The notes beneath the pieces were generated by a model. It was not told where the DNA came from and ran no database searches. It saw only the letters and a list, made by a program, of their open reading frames with translations. From NCBI GenBank assembly GCA_050951585.1, contig JBMNJI010000002.1, positions 2,773 through 66,772 of the forward strand: DNA of 64,000 bases, given 5' to 3'. The DNA is from Peptococcia bacterium (GTDB lineage Bacteria; Bacillota; Peptococcia; DRI-13; DTU073). The translations under genes and the position numbers were made by a program. Numbering within the stretch: the stretch's first letter is position 1; every line of letters begins with the position of its first letter. Below are positions 45,239-55,100 of the stretch, one piece after another.

Positions 45239-45961
45239 TCATAAGATTTTACTCAAAAAATTTCTGGTCCGTTCATGCCGGGCATGGCCGAAAAGCTGCT
45301 CCGGCGTCCCTTCTTCCACGATGCGCCCTTCATCCATAAACAGCACGCGGTCCCCCACCTCACGGGCAAAACCCATCTCGTGTGTCACCACCACCATCGT
45401 CATGCCCTCGCCGGCCAGGTCTTTCATCACGTTCAGAACCTCGCCGACCATCTCCGGGTCCAAAGCCGAGGTAGGCTCGTCAAAAAGCATCACCCGCGGC
45501 TGCATCGCCAAAGCGCGGGCAATGGCCACTCTTTGCTGTTGTCCGCCGGAAAGGGAGTCGGGATAAACATCCGCCTTCTCACTTAACCCAATCTTCTGCA
45601 GCAACGCCAATGCTCTTTCTTCCGCTTCCTGGCGCGACAGTCCCCGCACCTTCATCGGGGCAAGGACGATATTCTCTAGCGCCGTCTTATGCGGAAACAG
45701 GTTGAAACGTTGAAAAACCATCCCCACGTCCGCCCGTAAGCGATTGATGTCGGTACGCGGATCGGTCACGGAGATGTTATCAATCATAATCTCTCCGGAA
45801 GTCGGCTTCTCCAAAAAATTAAGGCAACGCAAAAAGGTGCTTTTCCCGGAACCGGAAGGGCCAATTACCACCACCACTTCCTTTTCCCGCACCTTTGTCG
45901 TGATCCCTTTTAAGACCTCCAGCTTGCCAAAAACCTTTACCAAATCAGTCACGTCGATCAC
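45239..45961 (-). CDS. Polar amino acid ABC transporter ATPase (GlnQ-like)
   Basis: [28 protein letters not shown]. Confidence 0.95.
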   Translation of the reverse strand: MIDVTDLVKVFGKLEVLKGITTKVREKEVVVVIGPSGSGKSTFLRCLNFLEKPTSGEIMIDNISVTDPRTDINRLRADVGMVFQRFNLFPHKTALENIVLAPMKVRGLSRQEAEERALALLQKIGLSEKADVYPDSLSGGQQQRVAIARALAMQPRVMLFDEPTSALDPEMVGEVLNVMKDLAGEGMTMVVVTHEMGFAREVGDRVLFMDEGRIVEEGTPEQLFGHARHERTRNFLSKIL

Positions 45962-46649
45962 TAACGGCCAGCCTCCTTTCCATCATGCTCACCAGACGGG
46001 AAATCGTCAGCGTCATCGCCAGATACATCAGCAAAACGCCGGCCCAAACTGGAAAAGAAGCAAAAGTAACCGCAATGAACAACTGCCCTTTGCGCGTCAA
46101 TTCTTCGATTCCGATGACCGAAAGCAAGGAAGTATCCTTGAGCATCGCAATAAACTCATTCCCCAGCGGGGGGACGATCCGTTTAAAGGCTTGCGGCAGG
46201 ACAACATAACTCATCGTTTGCCAGTTGGTCATCCCCAGCGAACGGGCCGCCTCCGTTTGTCCGCGGTCAATCGACTGAATGCCTGCCCGGACAATCTCCG
46301 CCACATAAGCGCCGGAATTCAGCCCGCAAGCCAGGATCCCCGCCACATAAACATTAATCGGTAACTGGTGCCCTAATACCACATTCAGCAGGTTCGGAAG
46401 CCCAAGATAAATAATAAATATCTGCACTAATAAAGGGGTGCCGCGCAGAAAATCAATGTAAATCCTGGCTAAAGTGCGCAACAACGTCTTTTGGGAGAGG
46501 CGAGCCAGCCCCATGATGATTCCGATGACCACCCCGATCGATACTGCCAAAGCGGTAATCCACATGGTCGTCACCGCACCCGTCAAAAGATGCGGAATAG
46601 CTCGCACAAATAACTCAGAAAAATTAGTAATAACCAAGCACCCCCTCAA
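45945..46649 (-). CDS. Polar amino acid ABC transporter permease (GlnP-like)
   Basis: [22 protein letters not shown] loop, KDTSL; exact start uncertain. Confidence 0.95.
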   Translation of the reverse strand: MRGCLVITNFSELFVRAIPHLLTGAVTTMWITALAVSIGVVIGIIMGLARLSQKTLLRTLARIYIDFLRGTPLLVQIFIIYLGLPNLLNVVLGHQLPINVYVAGILACGLNSGAYVAEIVRAGIQSIDRGQTEAARSLGMTNWQTMSYVVLPQAFKRIVPPLGNEFIAMLKDTSLLSVIGIEELTRKGQLFIAVTFASFPVWAGVLLMYLAMTLTISRLVSMMERRLAVSDRRD

Positions 46650-46788
46650 GCAGGGCCGCTAATGGCCATAAGCTCAAGCGGCCCGATCTGTCTGTCTACC
46701 TTTGATTCTGTTTATCTCTGATTCTGTTTACCTTTAATTCTATTCACCTCTACTCCGGTTACGGCTGACCTTTGTTTCTTTTCTTTCC

Positions 46789-47589
46789 TTACGGACGGGC
46801 ATTGACCGGCAGTTCATATTTTGCTAAAAGCTCATCATAGGTCCCGTTTTCCATAACTTTCTCTAAGCCGCTATTTAATTTTGCCAGCAGGTCCGCATTC
46901 CCTTTCCGTACAGCAAAGCCATACTGTTCAACGCTCATCTGCTCACCGACAATCTTGATATCATCGTGCCCGCTCTTGATAAAGGCCTCGGTTACCTGCG
47001 CATCGTTGATAACCGCATCAACTGTTCCTTTGGTTAATTCCGCCATTAATACATCAATGGTATCATAGGTCAATACTTTAGCCACGACTCCTTCATCCTT
47101 CAACGCATTGGCGGTCTTAGCTCCGGTGGTGCCGATCTGAACCGCTACAGTCGTGCCCTTTAAATCCTCTGCTTGCTTAATCGTCTCATTTGATTTCGCC
47201 ACCGCAATAGCCAAACCAGCATTAATATAAGGCGCGGTAAAATCAACCTGTTTGCCTCTTTCTTCATCAATGGTCATCCCGGAAGCAACAATATCAATCG
47301 TCCCGGACTGGACGGCCGGAATCAGGGCGTCAAAGCCCAGGCTTTGGATTTCCACTTTGATTCCGCTCTCTTCCGCAATGGCCTTAATCAAATCAATATC
47401 AAAACCGATGATTTCGTCTGTTTCTAAATCCTTGTACTCGAACGGTTGAAAGGTAGGCTCTGTTCCCACTTTATAAATCTTCTCCTCGTCAACATTCGAG
47501 TCCCCGTTCCCACAGGCCGCCATGCTCATCATTAAACCTATCACTAAGAATACCGTACAAACCTTTCTCAACAAACTTCCCTTTTTCAT
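46789..47589 (-). CDS. Polar amino acid ABC transporter substrate-binding lipoprotein
   Basis: Lipobox MAAC, PFE, GFDIDL, SGMTI..ER, VQIGTTG. Confidence 0.94.
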   Translation of the reverse strand: MKKGSLLRKVCTVFLVIGLMMSMAACGNGDSNVDEEKIYKVGTEPTFQPFEYKDLETDEIIGFDIDLIKAIAEESGIKVEIQSLGFDALIPAVQSGTIDIVASGMTIDEERGKQVDFTAPYINAGLAIAVAKSNETIKQAEDLKGTTVAVQIGTTGAKTANALKDEGVVAKVLTYDTIDVLMAELTKGTVDAVINDAQVTEAFIKSGHDDIKIVGEQMSVEQYGFAVRKGNADLLAKLNSGLEKVMENGTYDELLAKYELPVNARP

Positions 47590-47790
47590 CTTTTCTTTGC
47601 CTCCCTTAATAATTTCCCAAGTTATATACCATTAAAACTTATTATACAATTCCCGCCCGTCATAAACAAGAGGAAGCTTGTTATGGCCGTATTAATTTTT
47701 CTACAATTTAGTCCACGTAAGAAATACATTATTTCGACTCTTTTCCAGTTTTTTTCGCAGCCAAAATATACCCTTTTTTTTCACAAAAAC

Positions 47791-47852
47791 TGTGGATAAT
47801 GTGGATAACCCTGTTAATAACTCTGTCCACGCGCTTTTTTTATTGTGGGTAG
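47791..47852. promoter_or_regulatory. DnaA-box cluster
   Basis: Two perfect adjacent TGTGGATAA (47791-47808) plus degenerate tgttaataa, ctgtccacg and tgtgggtag. Confidence 0.65.
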
Positions 47853-48022
47853 TTTTTCCTTGTAAAGAAAAATAAAAATTTTTATGCGCAAAAACCCCTT
47901 GACAAGGCCTGAAAAATTTTTTCTAAAGAAAAACACCATATTCGCAATATTAGTGAAATATAGCAAACAAAAAAACGGCCGTTTTTTCAGCCGTTTTCGC
48001 TCTTATACATCTTTCGGGCACT

Positions 48023-48538
48023 TTATTTTGAATAGTCGATGAAGACCCCTCCATCAGCCTGGGGCTCCCCCTGATAAGCCTTGTTCATCTTCTTCGCCGC
48101 CTGCAGGTCATTGAGCTTGCCCCTGGTTTGTTCAATCGTCCGCCGCAATTTTTCTTCATTGTGCGCGTCCAGCTCTTTTATCCGGGTAAGCAGCTCGCCT
48201 AACCTGTCCAGCGAAGCGGTTAAGGCATCCACTCCGGAGCCCGAAACCCTTGCTTTGATCCGGCTTAAATTAAATTCCTCGATCCCCATCGTCTCGTTAA
48301 TTTCCTGTTTCAATTGATTAATTCCTTTGTTCAAGCTTTCCAAAGTCTCAATCAAGCCCTGCCGCTCATTGATGTACCTGATCAGTTGTTCAATATCCAC
48401 ATCCTCTTTTTCCAGCAACTCTGTCTGCTTTTTCGCCAGGCCCAGCATTTGCTCATAATAGGGCACCTGCGCCTGATAACTATCGGCGATACGCTGGAAA
48501 ACGAGATTTAAAATACTATCACTCAACCGGTTCACCAC
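48023..48538 (-). CDS. Flagellar export chaperone, FliT/FlgN-like
   Basis: All-helical protein after fliS ending Y...GGVFIDYSK. Confidence 0.65.
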   Translation of the reverse strand: MVNRLSDSILNLVFQRIADSYQAQVPYYEQMLGLAKKQTELLEKEDVDIEQLIRYINERQGLIETLESLNKGINQLKQEINETMGIEEFNLSRIKARVSGSGVDALTASLDRLGELLTRIKELDAHNEEKLRRTIEQTRGKLNDLQAAKKMNKAYQGEPQADGGVFIDYSK

Positions 48539-48962
48539 CTACGACCCGTTTCTGCTCTCTCCTCAGTTGCAGGGCCACGTCAACCCACATTTGCCGTAAA
48601 TCGGTGAGAAAGTCCATAACCTCCTCCAGAATGGCGGTGTCTTTTTTAATATTTGCTTCCACCAATCTCCGGTACAGATAATCGTAAAGGGCAAAGAGAG
48701 AGGCCGATATTTCATAATCCATATTCAAGCTGCTCTCTAATTCAATAATAATATCCTGGGTTTTGACGATAAACTGATGACACTCCGCCAGTTCACCTGC
48801 TTCCAGAGCTTTTTTCGCCTGCCCGCAAAAGCGCAACGCCCCATCAAAGAGCATCAGCAGTAATTTGTCCGGCGGTGCCGTTAACACTTGCTGTTGTTGG
48901 TATTGCAATTGGTACTGCTGCTGCTGATATTGCTGACTTTGATAAGGATTAGTCATGGCCAT
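48519..48962 (-). CDS. fliS: Flagellin export chaperone FliS
   Basis: TAPPDKLLLMLFDGA, QDIIIEL..SLNM, L..LYDY. Confidence 0.95.
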   Translation of the reverse strand: MAMTNPYQSQQYQQQQYQLQYQQQQVLTAPPDKLLLMLFDGALRFCGQAKKALEAGELAECHQFIVKTQDIIIELESSLNMDYEISASLFALYDYLYRRLVEANIKKDTAILEEVMDFLTDLRQMWVDVALQLRREQKRVVGGEPVE

Positions 48963-49038
48963 TTTGTCTCAACCTCCCTTTCTCTTCTCGCAAAAGACTC
49001 AGCTTCACCAAGCTTTTCAACTCAACATAGCATACCCC

Positions 49039-50742
49039 TTAGAACCCGCCGCCGCCAAACTGCTGCGATAACCAAAGACTCTGCTCATTCATCATCTGAA
49101 TGGCTTTTTCCATGGCCGTAAATTGTCGCCAGTAACGGTCTTCCCGCTGGAGCAAAATATCCTCTAAACGCTTAATCTTATCCGTAAAATCGCCGATCCA
49201 CTTGTCGATTTTACTGATACTCCCATGCTCCACCACAAAGTCCAGTAAAATGTTGGAGCTGACATTACGGTGAAGATCGCCGTCACTGCCCGGCCCCGCT
49301 TTATGAATCACATCCTTCATGCCGGCAATCAGATTATCGTATAAACGGGTGATAATCCCGCTCTGACTCCTCTTTTCACGAATCTGTTCCGGTGTCAGGC
49401 TACTTTCATTCTTTAACGCTAAACTGTCATCCGGTTTCTTGAATAATAGCTCCAAGACCCCCTCCGGATCCTTATTAATCGCCTCCGTTAACTTCGCGGT
49501 GTTTATTTGTAGCTTCCCACCGCGTGAGCCCCGGGCATAACTTTCCGTGGTAATCCCAAGCTCCGTCAGATGCGCGAAAGAACCTACCACGCCGGAAACT
49601 TCCTCGTACAAACCCACCCGCACCGTATTCAGGGTCCGGACCAGGATTTCATCGTTCCGCAGTAACCCGCTTTTCGCCTTTTCCTCCCATTGCTCTTCCT
49701 GCTTTTCGGATAACTGATCCCTTTGCTCATCAGTCAGCGGGCGGTAATCCTTATACCGCTCTTCGCCTAATTCGCCGTTGATTTTGTCAATGAAGGCATT
49801 GTATTTCTCTACAAAATCACTGACCTTCGCGATGATTCCTTCCACATTCGTCGCTACTTCCAGCGTCGCCGCTCCGGTGGCTTTTAAAGTAATATTGACA
49901 TTATTCAACATAAAGTTATTCGAGCTTTGGGTTATTCCTTTCGCCGCCCCAAAGTCTAAAAGGGCATCCTTCCCGCTGTAGACGGCGGCATCAGCCACGT
50001 CATGTGACACACCCGCATCATCCAGATACTGCAGGTTAAGTATATTCTCACTGCCGGTAAGAAATTTACGTCCATCCGTCAAAACACTCTCATCGGTAAT
50101 TTGCAGTGTATTGTTACTGCCCGTATTTTTCGTCTGCAGAAAGAAGCGGTCGAGCTGGGCGTCATACATGGCCGTAACCCCGATATTGGCGGCATTAATC
50201 TCCTTAACCAGATCGTTGATGGTGACATTGCTTAAATCCTCTTTCTCTTTATAGATGGTAAGCTCACCCAAATTTGTGGTGATCGTAAAATTAAGTATAT
50301 CCGTCTCCGCATTCAACCCGAACTGCGTCGCCAGATTATCCTTTGCGCCTGTAGAAATAGCGGAACCGCTTGCCGCCGACCAGTTCGAAGCTAATTGATG
50401 CACCTGTAATTGATACGAACCGGCTACCGCTTCGGCACTTGCCTGTACCGAAGCAATCCCCCCATTGGATAGAGTGGCTGCTTTGACCCAATCCAGGCTA
50501 CTCACCCCGGAGGATAGTAAAGTACCGGAAGAAGTAGTCCGCGTTAACCCTAACTCCTTCTTCGAGTCCAGAATAAAGTTGGCAAACACCCGATTGACCT
50601 CCTGGTAAGCCTCTTGCTGCCAGGAAGCAAGGGTGCGCTCCTGATACACTTTGTCCACTTTCGTCCGCTCAGCCCTGATCAGATCACTGACCAGCTGATC
50701 AATATCCATTCCTGAGGCCAGTCCGCCAATGCGCATATTCAT
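49039..50742 (-). CDS. fliD: Flagellar filament cap protein FliD
   Basis: RIGGLASGMDIDQLV, YRPLTDEQ, WEEKAKSGLLRND, QFTAMEKAI. Confidence 0.96.
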   Translation of the reverse strand: MNMRIGGLASGMDIDQLVSDLIRAERTKVDKVYQERTLASWQQEAYQEVNRVFANFILDSKKELGLTRTTSSGTLLSSGVSSLDWVKAATLSNGGIASVQASAEAVAGSYQLQVHQLASNWSAASGSAISTGAKDNLATQFGLNAETDILNFTITTNLGELTIYKEKEDLSNVTINDLVKEINAANIGVTAMYDAQLDRFFLQTKNTGSNNTLQITDESVLTDGRKFLTGSENILNLQYLDDAGVSHDVADAAVYSGKDALLDFGAAKGITQSSNNFMLNNVNITLKATGAATLEVATNVEGIIAKVSDFVEKYNAFIDKINGELGEERYKDYRPLTDEQRDQLSEKQEEQWEEKAKSGLLRNDEILVRTLNTVRVGLYEEVSGVVGSFAHLTELGITTESYARGSRGGKLQINTAKLTEAINKDPEGVLELLFKKPDDSLALKNESSLTPEQIREKRSQSGIITRLYDNLIAGMKDVIHKAGPGSDGDLHRNVSSNILLDFVVEHGSISKIDKWIGDFTDKIKRLEDILLQREDRYWRQFTAMEKAIQMMNEQSLWLSQQFGGGGF

Positions 50743-50765
50743 ACGACAGCACCTCCTGCTTAAAG

Positions 50766-51137
50766 CTAAGCTTTTTCATCCACCAGAATGCCGGCAAGCT
50801 CCATCATCTTCGCCACCATATCCAGAATCTTCTCCGGCGGAATCTCCCGGATCACTTCATCATTTTTATAAATCTTCACCATAATCTGACGTGTTTGCTC
50901 ATGAATCGAGAACTCTACCCGCGAATCATATAACAGTAGTTTTTGATTAGCCTTTTCTATGGCTTCAATTACTTCCGCTTCCGAGATTTCTTTTTTCTGT
51001 GTATTCCGGTCAGGTTTAATGGCAACCGCACAATCTTGAGCTTGCGGCTCCCTTTTGAGAGGTAAAATCGACTCCGGGGAAGGCTGTTTTACTACAGCCG
51101 TAACCGGGTTCATACTAATACCTTCAACCCGCATCAT
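50766..51137 (-). CDS. flaG: Flagellar protein FlaG
   Basis: FSIHE, EVIREIPPEKILD, G.LVDEKA. Confidence 0.93.
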   Translation of the reverse strand: MMRVEGISMNPVTAVVKQPSPESILPLKREPQAQDCAVAIKPDRNTQKKEISEAEVIEAIEKANQKLLLYDSRVEFSIHEQTRQIMVKIYKNDEVIREIPPEKILDMVAKMMELAGILVDEKA

Positions 51138-51171
51138 TATCCCTACTTTCCTCTATAATATTCTAACATAT

Positions 51172-51200
51172 ATATCGGATAAAAAGTGCGAAAAGTTTAG
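51172..51200 (-). promoter_or_regulatory. SigD/FliA promoter of flaG-fliD-fliS
   Basis: Minus strand TAAA-N16-TCCGATAT. Confidence 0.8.
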
Positions 51201-51279
51201 ACCTTTCGCGAAGGGAAGTTAAAACGGGTCAGGAATTTCCCAACCCGTTTTAAACAATGCCAAATAAACCTTTCCTTTA

Positions 51280-52412
51280 CTATCTGAGTAATTGCAGGAT
51301 GCCCTGCGGAGCCTGGTTGGCCTGAGCCAGCATAGCCGTCGCAGCCTGTTGCAGGATGTTGTTCTTGGTGAACTCCATCATTTCTTTGGCCATGTCTACG
51401 TCACGGATACGGGATTCAGCAGCCTGGAGGTTCTCACTGGAGGTATCCAGGTTGGCGATGGTGTGCTCGAGCCTGTTCTGATAAGCACCTAATTTGGCCC
51501 GTTCTTGCGATACTTTCGTCAGAGCTGCATCAATAGCGCTAACCTATCTGCGAAGGATTGTGTCTGCTTCAGTAACATCTAATCGCATCTATTTTGAGAC
51601 CAGCAGTACCCAACTGATTTGCCTGCATATCGTCGATAGAAACATCCAGATCTTGACCGCTGTTAGCCCCGATTTGGAAGGAGATACCACTGGCTGTTAC
51701 ATCAAAAGTGTTGTTTGTAGCTAATACTTCACTGCCGGGCAGTTCCGACCTTTTCAATAACTACGCCGATTTTATCAAAGTATATTCTCGTTCCGTCTGC
51801 TATAGCAGTCATGTCGGCAACTTTAACCGTTTGAGATAATGCACCGCCGGCAGTAGTAAGTGTTACGTATCCTCAGCAGCAGTAGCCGTGTCAACGTTAT
51901 ATCCGTCCCAACTGCGCCCCTGTAACATCAACAATTTTAAATGATGCTGTATCCCATCCGTCTAACTGACCAACATCTACGTAGTTGCACCTAAAGTACC
52001 GTCAAGTAATTTCTGTCCGTTAAATTCTGTTCTGTTCGCAATGTCTGTAATTTCTGTCCGCAAGTTCGGCAATTTCTGCCTGAATCTTCGCTTTATCCTC
52101 TGCTGTATTGGTGCCGTTGTTGGCCTGAACAGCCAATTCCCTGATTCTTTGCAGAATGGAGTGAACTTCGTTCAGGGCACCTTCTGCCGTCTGGATCATG
52201 CTGATGCCGTCCTGCGCATTTCTGGAAGCCTGGTTTAAACCTCTGATCTGGGATCTCATTTTTTCGGAGATCGCTAACCCTGCTGCGTCGTCACCGGCCT
52301 TGTTGATCTTTAAACCTGAGGATAATTTCTCCATGGATTTGGAAGCATTCGTATTGGCTGCCCCTAACTGACGATAAGTGTTCATCGCCATAATGTTGTT
52401 GTTAATTCTCAT
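51280..52412 (-). pseudogene. hag: Flagellin, frame broken in the central domain (assembly artefact or pseudogene)
   Basis: Intact N-terminus (MRINNNI...[25 protein letters not shown]) and C-terminus ([10 protein letters not shown]...[11 protein letters not shown]...QGILQLLR*); at least six frame breaks between about 51540 and 52060. Confidence 0.85.
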
Positions 52413-52419
52413 GATTCTT

Positions 52420-52460
52420 TCCTCCTTGAATTTTTATTTTTTCTTCATCCTTGAAGAAAA
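52420..52460 (-). promoter_or_regulatory. Putative CsrA-binding sites in the flagellin leader
   Basis: Hairpin TTTTCTTC-AAGGAT-GAAGAAAA shows GGA in its loop; a second GGA overlaps the SD (CAAGGAGG); csrA-fliW lie just upstream, as for B. subtilis hag. Confidence 0.7.
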
Positions 52461-52507
52461 GTCCAAAATCATCCGGGGCCCACGGATAATTTTTTCCTTC
52501 ATTATCT

Positions 52508-52536
52508 ATATCGAACTATGTTCCCAAAAAGTTTAG
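52508..52536 (-). promoter_or_regulatory. SigD/FliA promoter of flagellin
   Basis: Minus strand CTAAA-N16-TTCGATAT. Confidence 0.8.
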
Positions 52537-52566
52537 CACTTTTTTACGATTTTGTGAAATAATATT

Positions 52567-52818
52567 TTACTTTTTTTCGTCATCCCCGGCGAAAAGCTCT
52601 TTGACCTCTGCTTTTATGAGTTCTACCTGCACCGTCTGCCGGGCGGCTTTAATATTTTCTTCCTGAATAGCGGTAAAGATCTCCTTGCGGTAAACAGCGC
52701 AATCCCGGGGAGCATTCACCCCGAGACGGACCTGGGTCGGGGTAATCTCGAGCACAACTACTTCGATGTCTTCCCCGAGCATAATGCTTTCATCTTTTTT
52801 TCTGGTTAGTACGAGCAT
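52567..52818 (-). CDS. csrA: Translational regulator CsrA
   Basis: MLVLTRKKDESIMLG...VRLGVNAPR...VYRKEI. Confidence 0.96.
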   Translation of the reverse strand: MLVLTRKKDESIMLGEDIEVVVLEITPTQVRLGVNAPRDCAVYRKEIFTAIQEENIKAARQTVQVELIKAEVKELFAGDDEKK

Positions 52819-53353
52819 GACCACATTCCTCCTCACCGCTGCTTTTCCGCGCGCCCGTCCGGTTTTTTGCCATCTGCCGGGCTGAAGTCTTCTGCTGAGT
52901 CTGCCGTGCTTTTTGCGTTTTAGCCAATTCCTCGATGATCAGATGCTTGGTGAAATACCTTTTATCCTGCAATACAACCTGTTTCCCTTTTCTCTGCCGG
53001 ATATTAATAATTACCGGGGCGAGGAGGTTGGCCGTCATCTGCTTAATATCCTCCGGCACTACCACAATCGCCAGGACGACTACGTCCTCCGGCTTTTCGA
53101 TTTCCAGCTCTTCCGCGTCCTGGGGCAAAAGCTCAAAATCGTAATCGGGTTTAAAGGTAAAAGGGTTTATCACGACAAAAAGTATTTCCGGATCATCCAC
53201 CGACTGCAGCCACCAGAGGGGATTGTTTTCGTCCTCATTATCAATGATAAAAAACCGCTTCATTCCTTCAAAAGCAATGATCCCATGCTCAAAAGTAATA
53301 ATTTTTTCCTCCGCAAATTCTATTCGGCCAAAATATTTGCTTTGCAGAATCAT
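52790..53353 (-). CDS. fliW: Flagellar assembly factor FliW
   Basis: F..GI..FE, WLQS, NPF.F.PDY, TANLLAPVIIN, GKQVVL. Confidence 0.94.
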   Translation of the reverse strand: MILQSKYFGRIEFAEEKIITFEHGIIAFEGMKRFFIIDNEDENNPLWWLQSVDDPEILFVVINPFTFKPDYDFELLPQDAEELEIEKPEDVVVLAIVVVPEDIKQMTANLLAPVIINIRQRKGKQVVLQDKRYFTKHLIIEELAKTQKARQTQQKTSARQMAKNRTGARKSSGEEECGHARTNQKKR

Positions 53354-53581
53354 CTCGGCAATCCCTCTTTCCTTCATCTTTCTTTTTCATTTGATTTTTA
53401 ATTTCCTGTCATCTTGCCAGATGCACCTTTTCTCCACTTACTTAATTCTTTATATCTTTTTTATTTTCCTCTAATTTGTTAATTATTTTCTTTTTTATAC
53501 TGTTTTATTTGTCACAGCACAGCAAAAAACCACCGCCTTAACCCTTCATTAATTACTTCGGTAAGGGATAAGCGGCGGAGT

Positions 53582-54136
53582 TTACGCTTTCCGGTCTACA
53601 TAGCGGATCTCCACGCCCCCACGCTGTTCCAGATAGAATTTTACGGCCCCGGGGTGAAATTTATAGCGGGGATACTCCCGCTGATATTCGCACCGGCCTT
53701 GAATCACCTGCCAGTCTATTTGTAAATCCCCGATTACCTCGATCTGCGGCCGGCTTTGCGGAATCATCGTAAAGGTCCAGTCAGCAGCTCTGGCCTGCTC
53801 CATCCTCGCCAGCGCTATCTCGGCGACCGCATCGGAGGGTTTATCAATCCGGGCGAGGCGGTCCCCTTCCTGGGCGGTCCTCCCCACGTACTCCAAAACA
53901 CTTTGCCGGGCAATTTCAGCCACCTCGGCCGTGAGTTCAACCGGGTTTTTGAGCCCGCATTCCTTAAAACAAGCGGACTGGTCAATCAGAACACGTGGCA
54001 GTGTCCGGTCAATGACCAGTTCTGTTTTTTGGGACTCGCGCTTAAATTGTCCGCTCGGGTGGCTCATTTCGAGAAACGCCCGGGTGGTCTGAATCCCCAG
54101 TTTGGACCAGGTTGTTCTGATTTCCAGCGACATCAT
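53582..54136 (-). CDS. YviE/DUF6470-like flagellar-cluster protein
   Basis: IDQS..F...GLK, EGDRL..I motifs; position flgL-yviE-fliW-csrA-hag as in B. subtilis. Confidence 0.75.
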   Translation of the reverse strand: MMSLEIRTTWSKLGIQTTRAFLEMSHPSGQFKRESQKTELVIDRTLPRVLIDQSACFKECGLKNPVELTAEVAEIARQSVLEYVGRTAQEGDRLARIDKPSDAVAEIALARMEQARAADWTFTMIPQSRPQIEVIGDLQIDWQVIQGRCEYQREYPRYKFHPGAVKFYLEQRGGVEIRYVDRKA

Positions 54137-54215
54137 CTCACCCCCTACCCTATCCTCCGGACAAGACTAACACCAATGTGCATTAAAGCCGGTCGGTGGA
54201 AAGAATTAGACGGTA

Positions 54216-55088
54216 TTATCTTAGATAGTCTACCAGGGTCGGCATGATGATCCGCGCCCCAACCGACAAGGAAGCCTGATAAACATTTTCCGCATTCTTT
54301 AATTCCATAATCAACTTGGCCGGATCAACCCCGTCAATCTCCGCCTGTAAATTGCTGTAATTGACCTCCTGTTCTTCAAGACGGGCGATAGTCATTTCCA
54401 GCCGGTTAATACTGGCCCCTACTTTGGCCCGACAGGCCAAAACCTGATCAATCCCCTGCTGAAGAGCACTTATGTCGGTACTACCTAAAGATTCGGCATC
54501 ACCGGTCTCAAGATGCGTAGCAACATTCTGCAAGGTCCCGATTAAATCCGCCTGCACAAAGACCTCTTCCGCCGTCAGATTAATGGGGATGGTGACCCCT
54601 ATACTCACCTCATACATAATGCTTTGCTGGTTATGTTGCCAGGTTCCGTTGTTATAGGGCATATTTTTGGTATTGGTTCCCCCGAAAATATAGCGGTCAT
54701 TGTGAATGGTGTTGGCAATAACGCCAACCTCCTCCACTATTTGCTCAATTTCGGCTTTGACCGCTGCCTGGTCTTCGGGAGCCAATACGCCGTTCGCTGC
54801 CTGGACGGTTAATTCATAAGCCCGGCGCAGCGCCACCGTCAAACCGTCCAACGCCTCATCGGTGGTGCTTAACCAGCTTTTCGCCTCCTGCGCATTATCC
54901 TGAAACGCCTTATTTTCCCTGAGGCGGGAAGCCAAATGCATACTTTCCACAATCCCGGTCGGATCCTGAGACGGCCTGCTGATCCGCTTTCCGGTCGCAA
55001 GCTGATTCTGGATTTTCTCCATATTGAAAATGTTTCTGGAAAGATTGTTTTTTAAATTATTCACCAGAACATTATTGGTAATTCGCAT
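54216..55088 (-). CDS. flgL: Hook-associated protein FlgL
   Basis: MRITN, QLATGKRISRPSQDP, RYIFGG, YQASL..GARIIMPTLVDYLR. Confidence 0.96.
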   Translation of the reverse strand: MRITNNVLVNNLKNNLSRNIFNMEKIQNQLATGKRISRPSQDPTGIVESMHLASRLRENKAFQDNAQEAKSWLSTTDEALDGLTVALRRAYELTVQAANGVLAPEDQAAVKAEIEQIVEEVGVIANTIHNDRYIFGGTNTKNMPYNNGTWQHNQQSIMYEVSIGVTIPINLTAEEVFVQADLIGTLQNVATHLETGDAESLGSTDISALQQGIDQVLACRAKVGASINRLEMTIARLEEQEVNYSNLQAEIDGVDPAKLIMELKNAENVYQASLSVGARIIMPTLVDYLR

Positions 55089-55100
55089 TATTCTTCCCTC

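Noticed and set aside
46698-46763. Repeat array as a possible CRISPR
   Set aside because: Contiguous degenerate 16-bp units without spacers and no cas genes.
47700-47860. Possible replication origin
   Set aside because: No dnaA/dnaN/rpmH nearby and no switch in gene orientation; kept only as a DnaA-box cluster.
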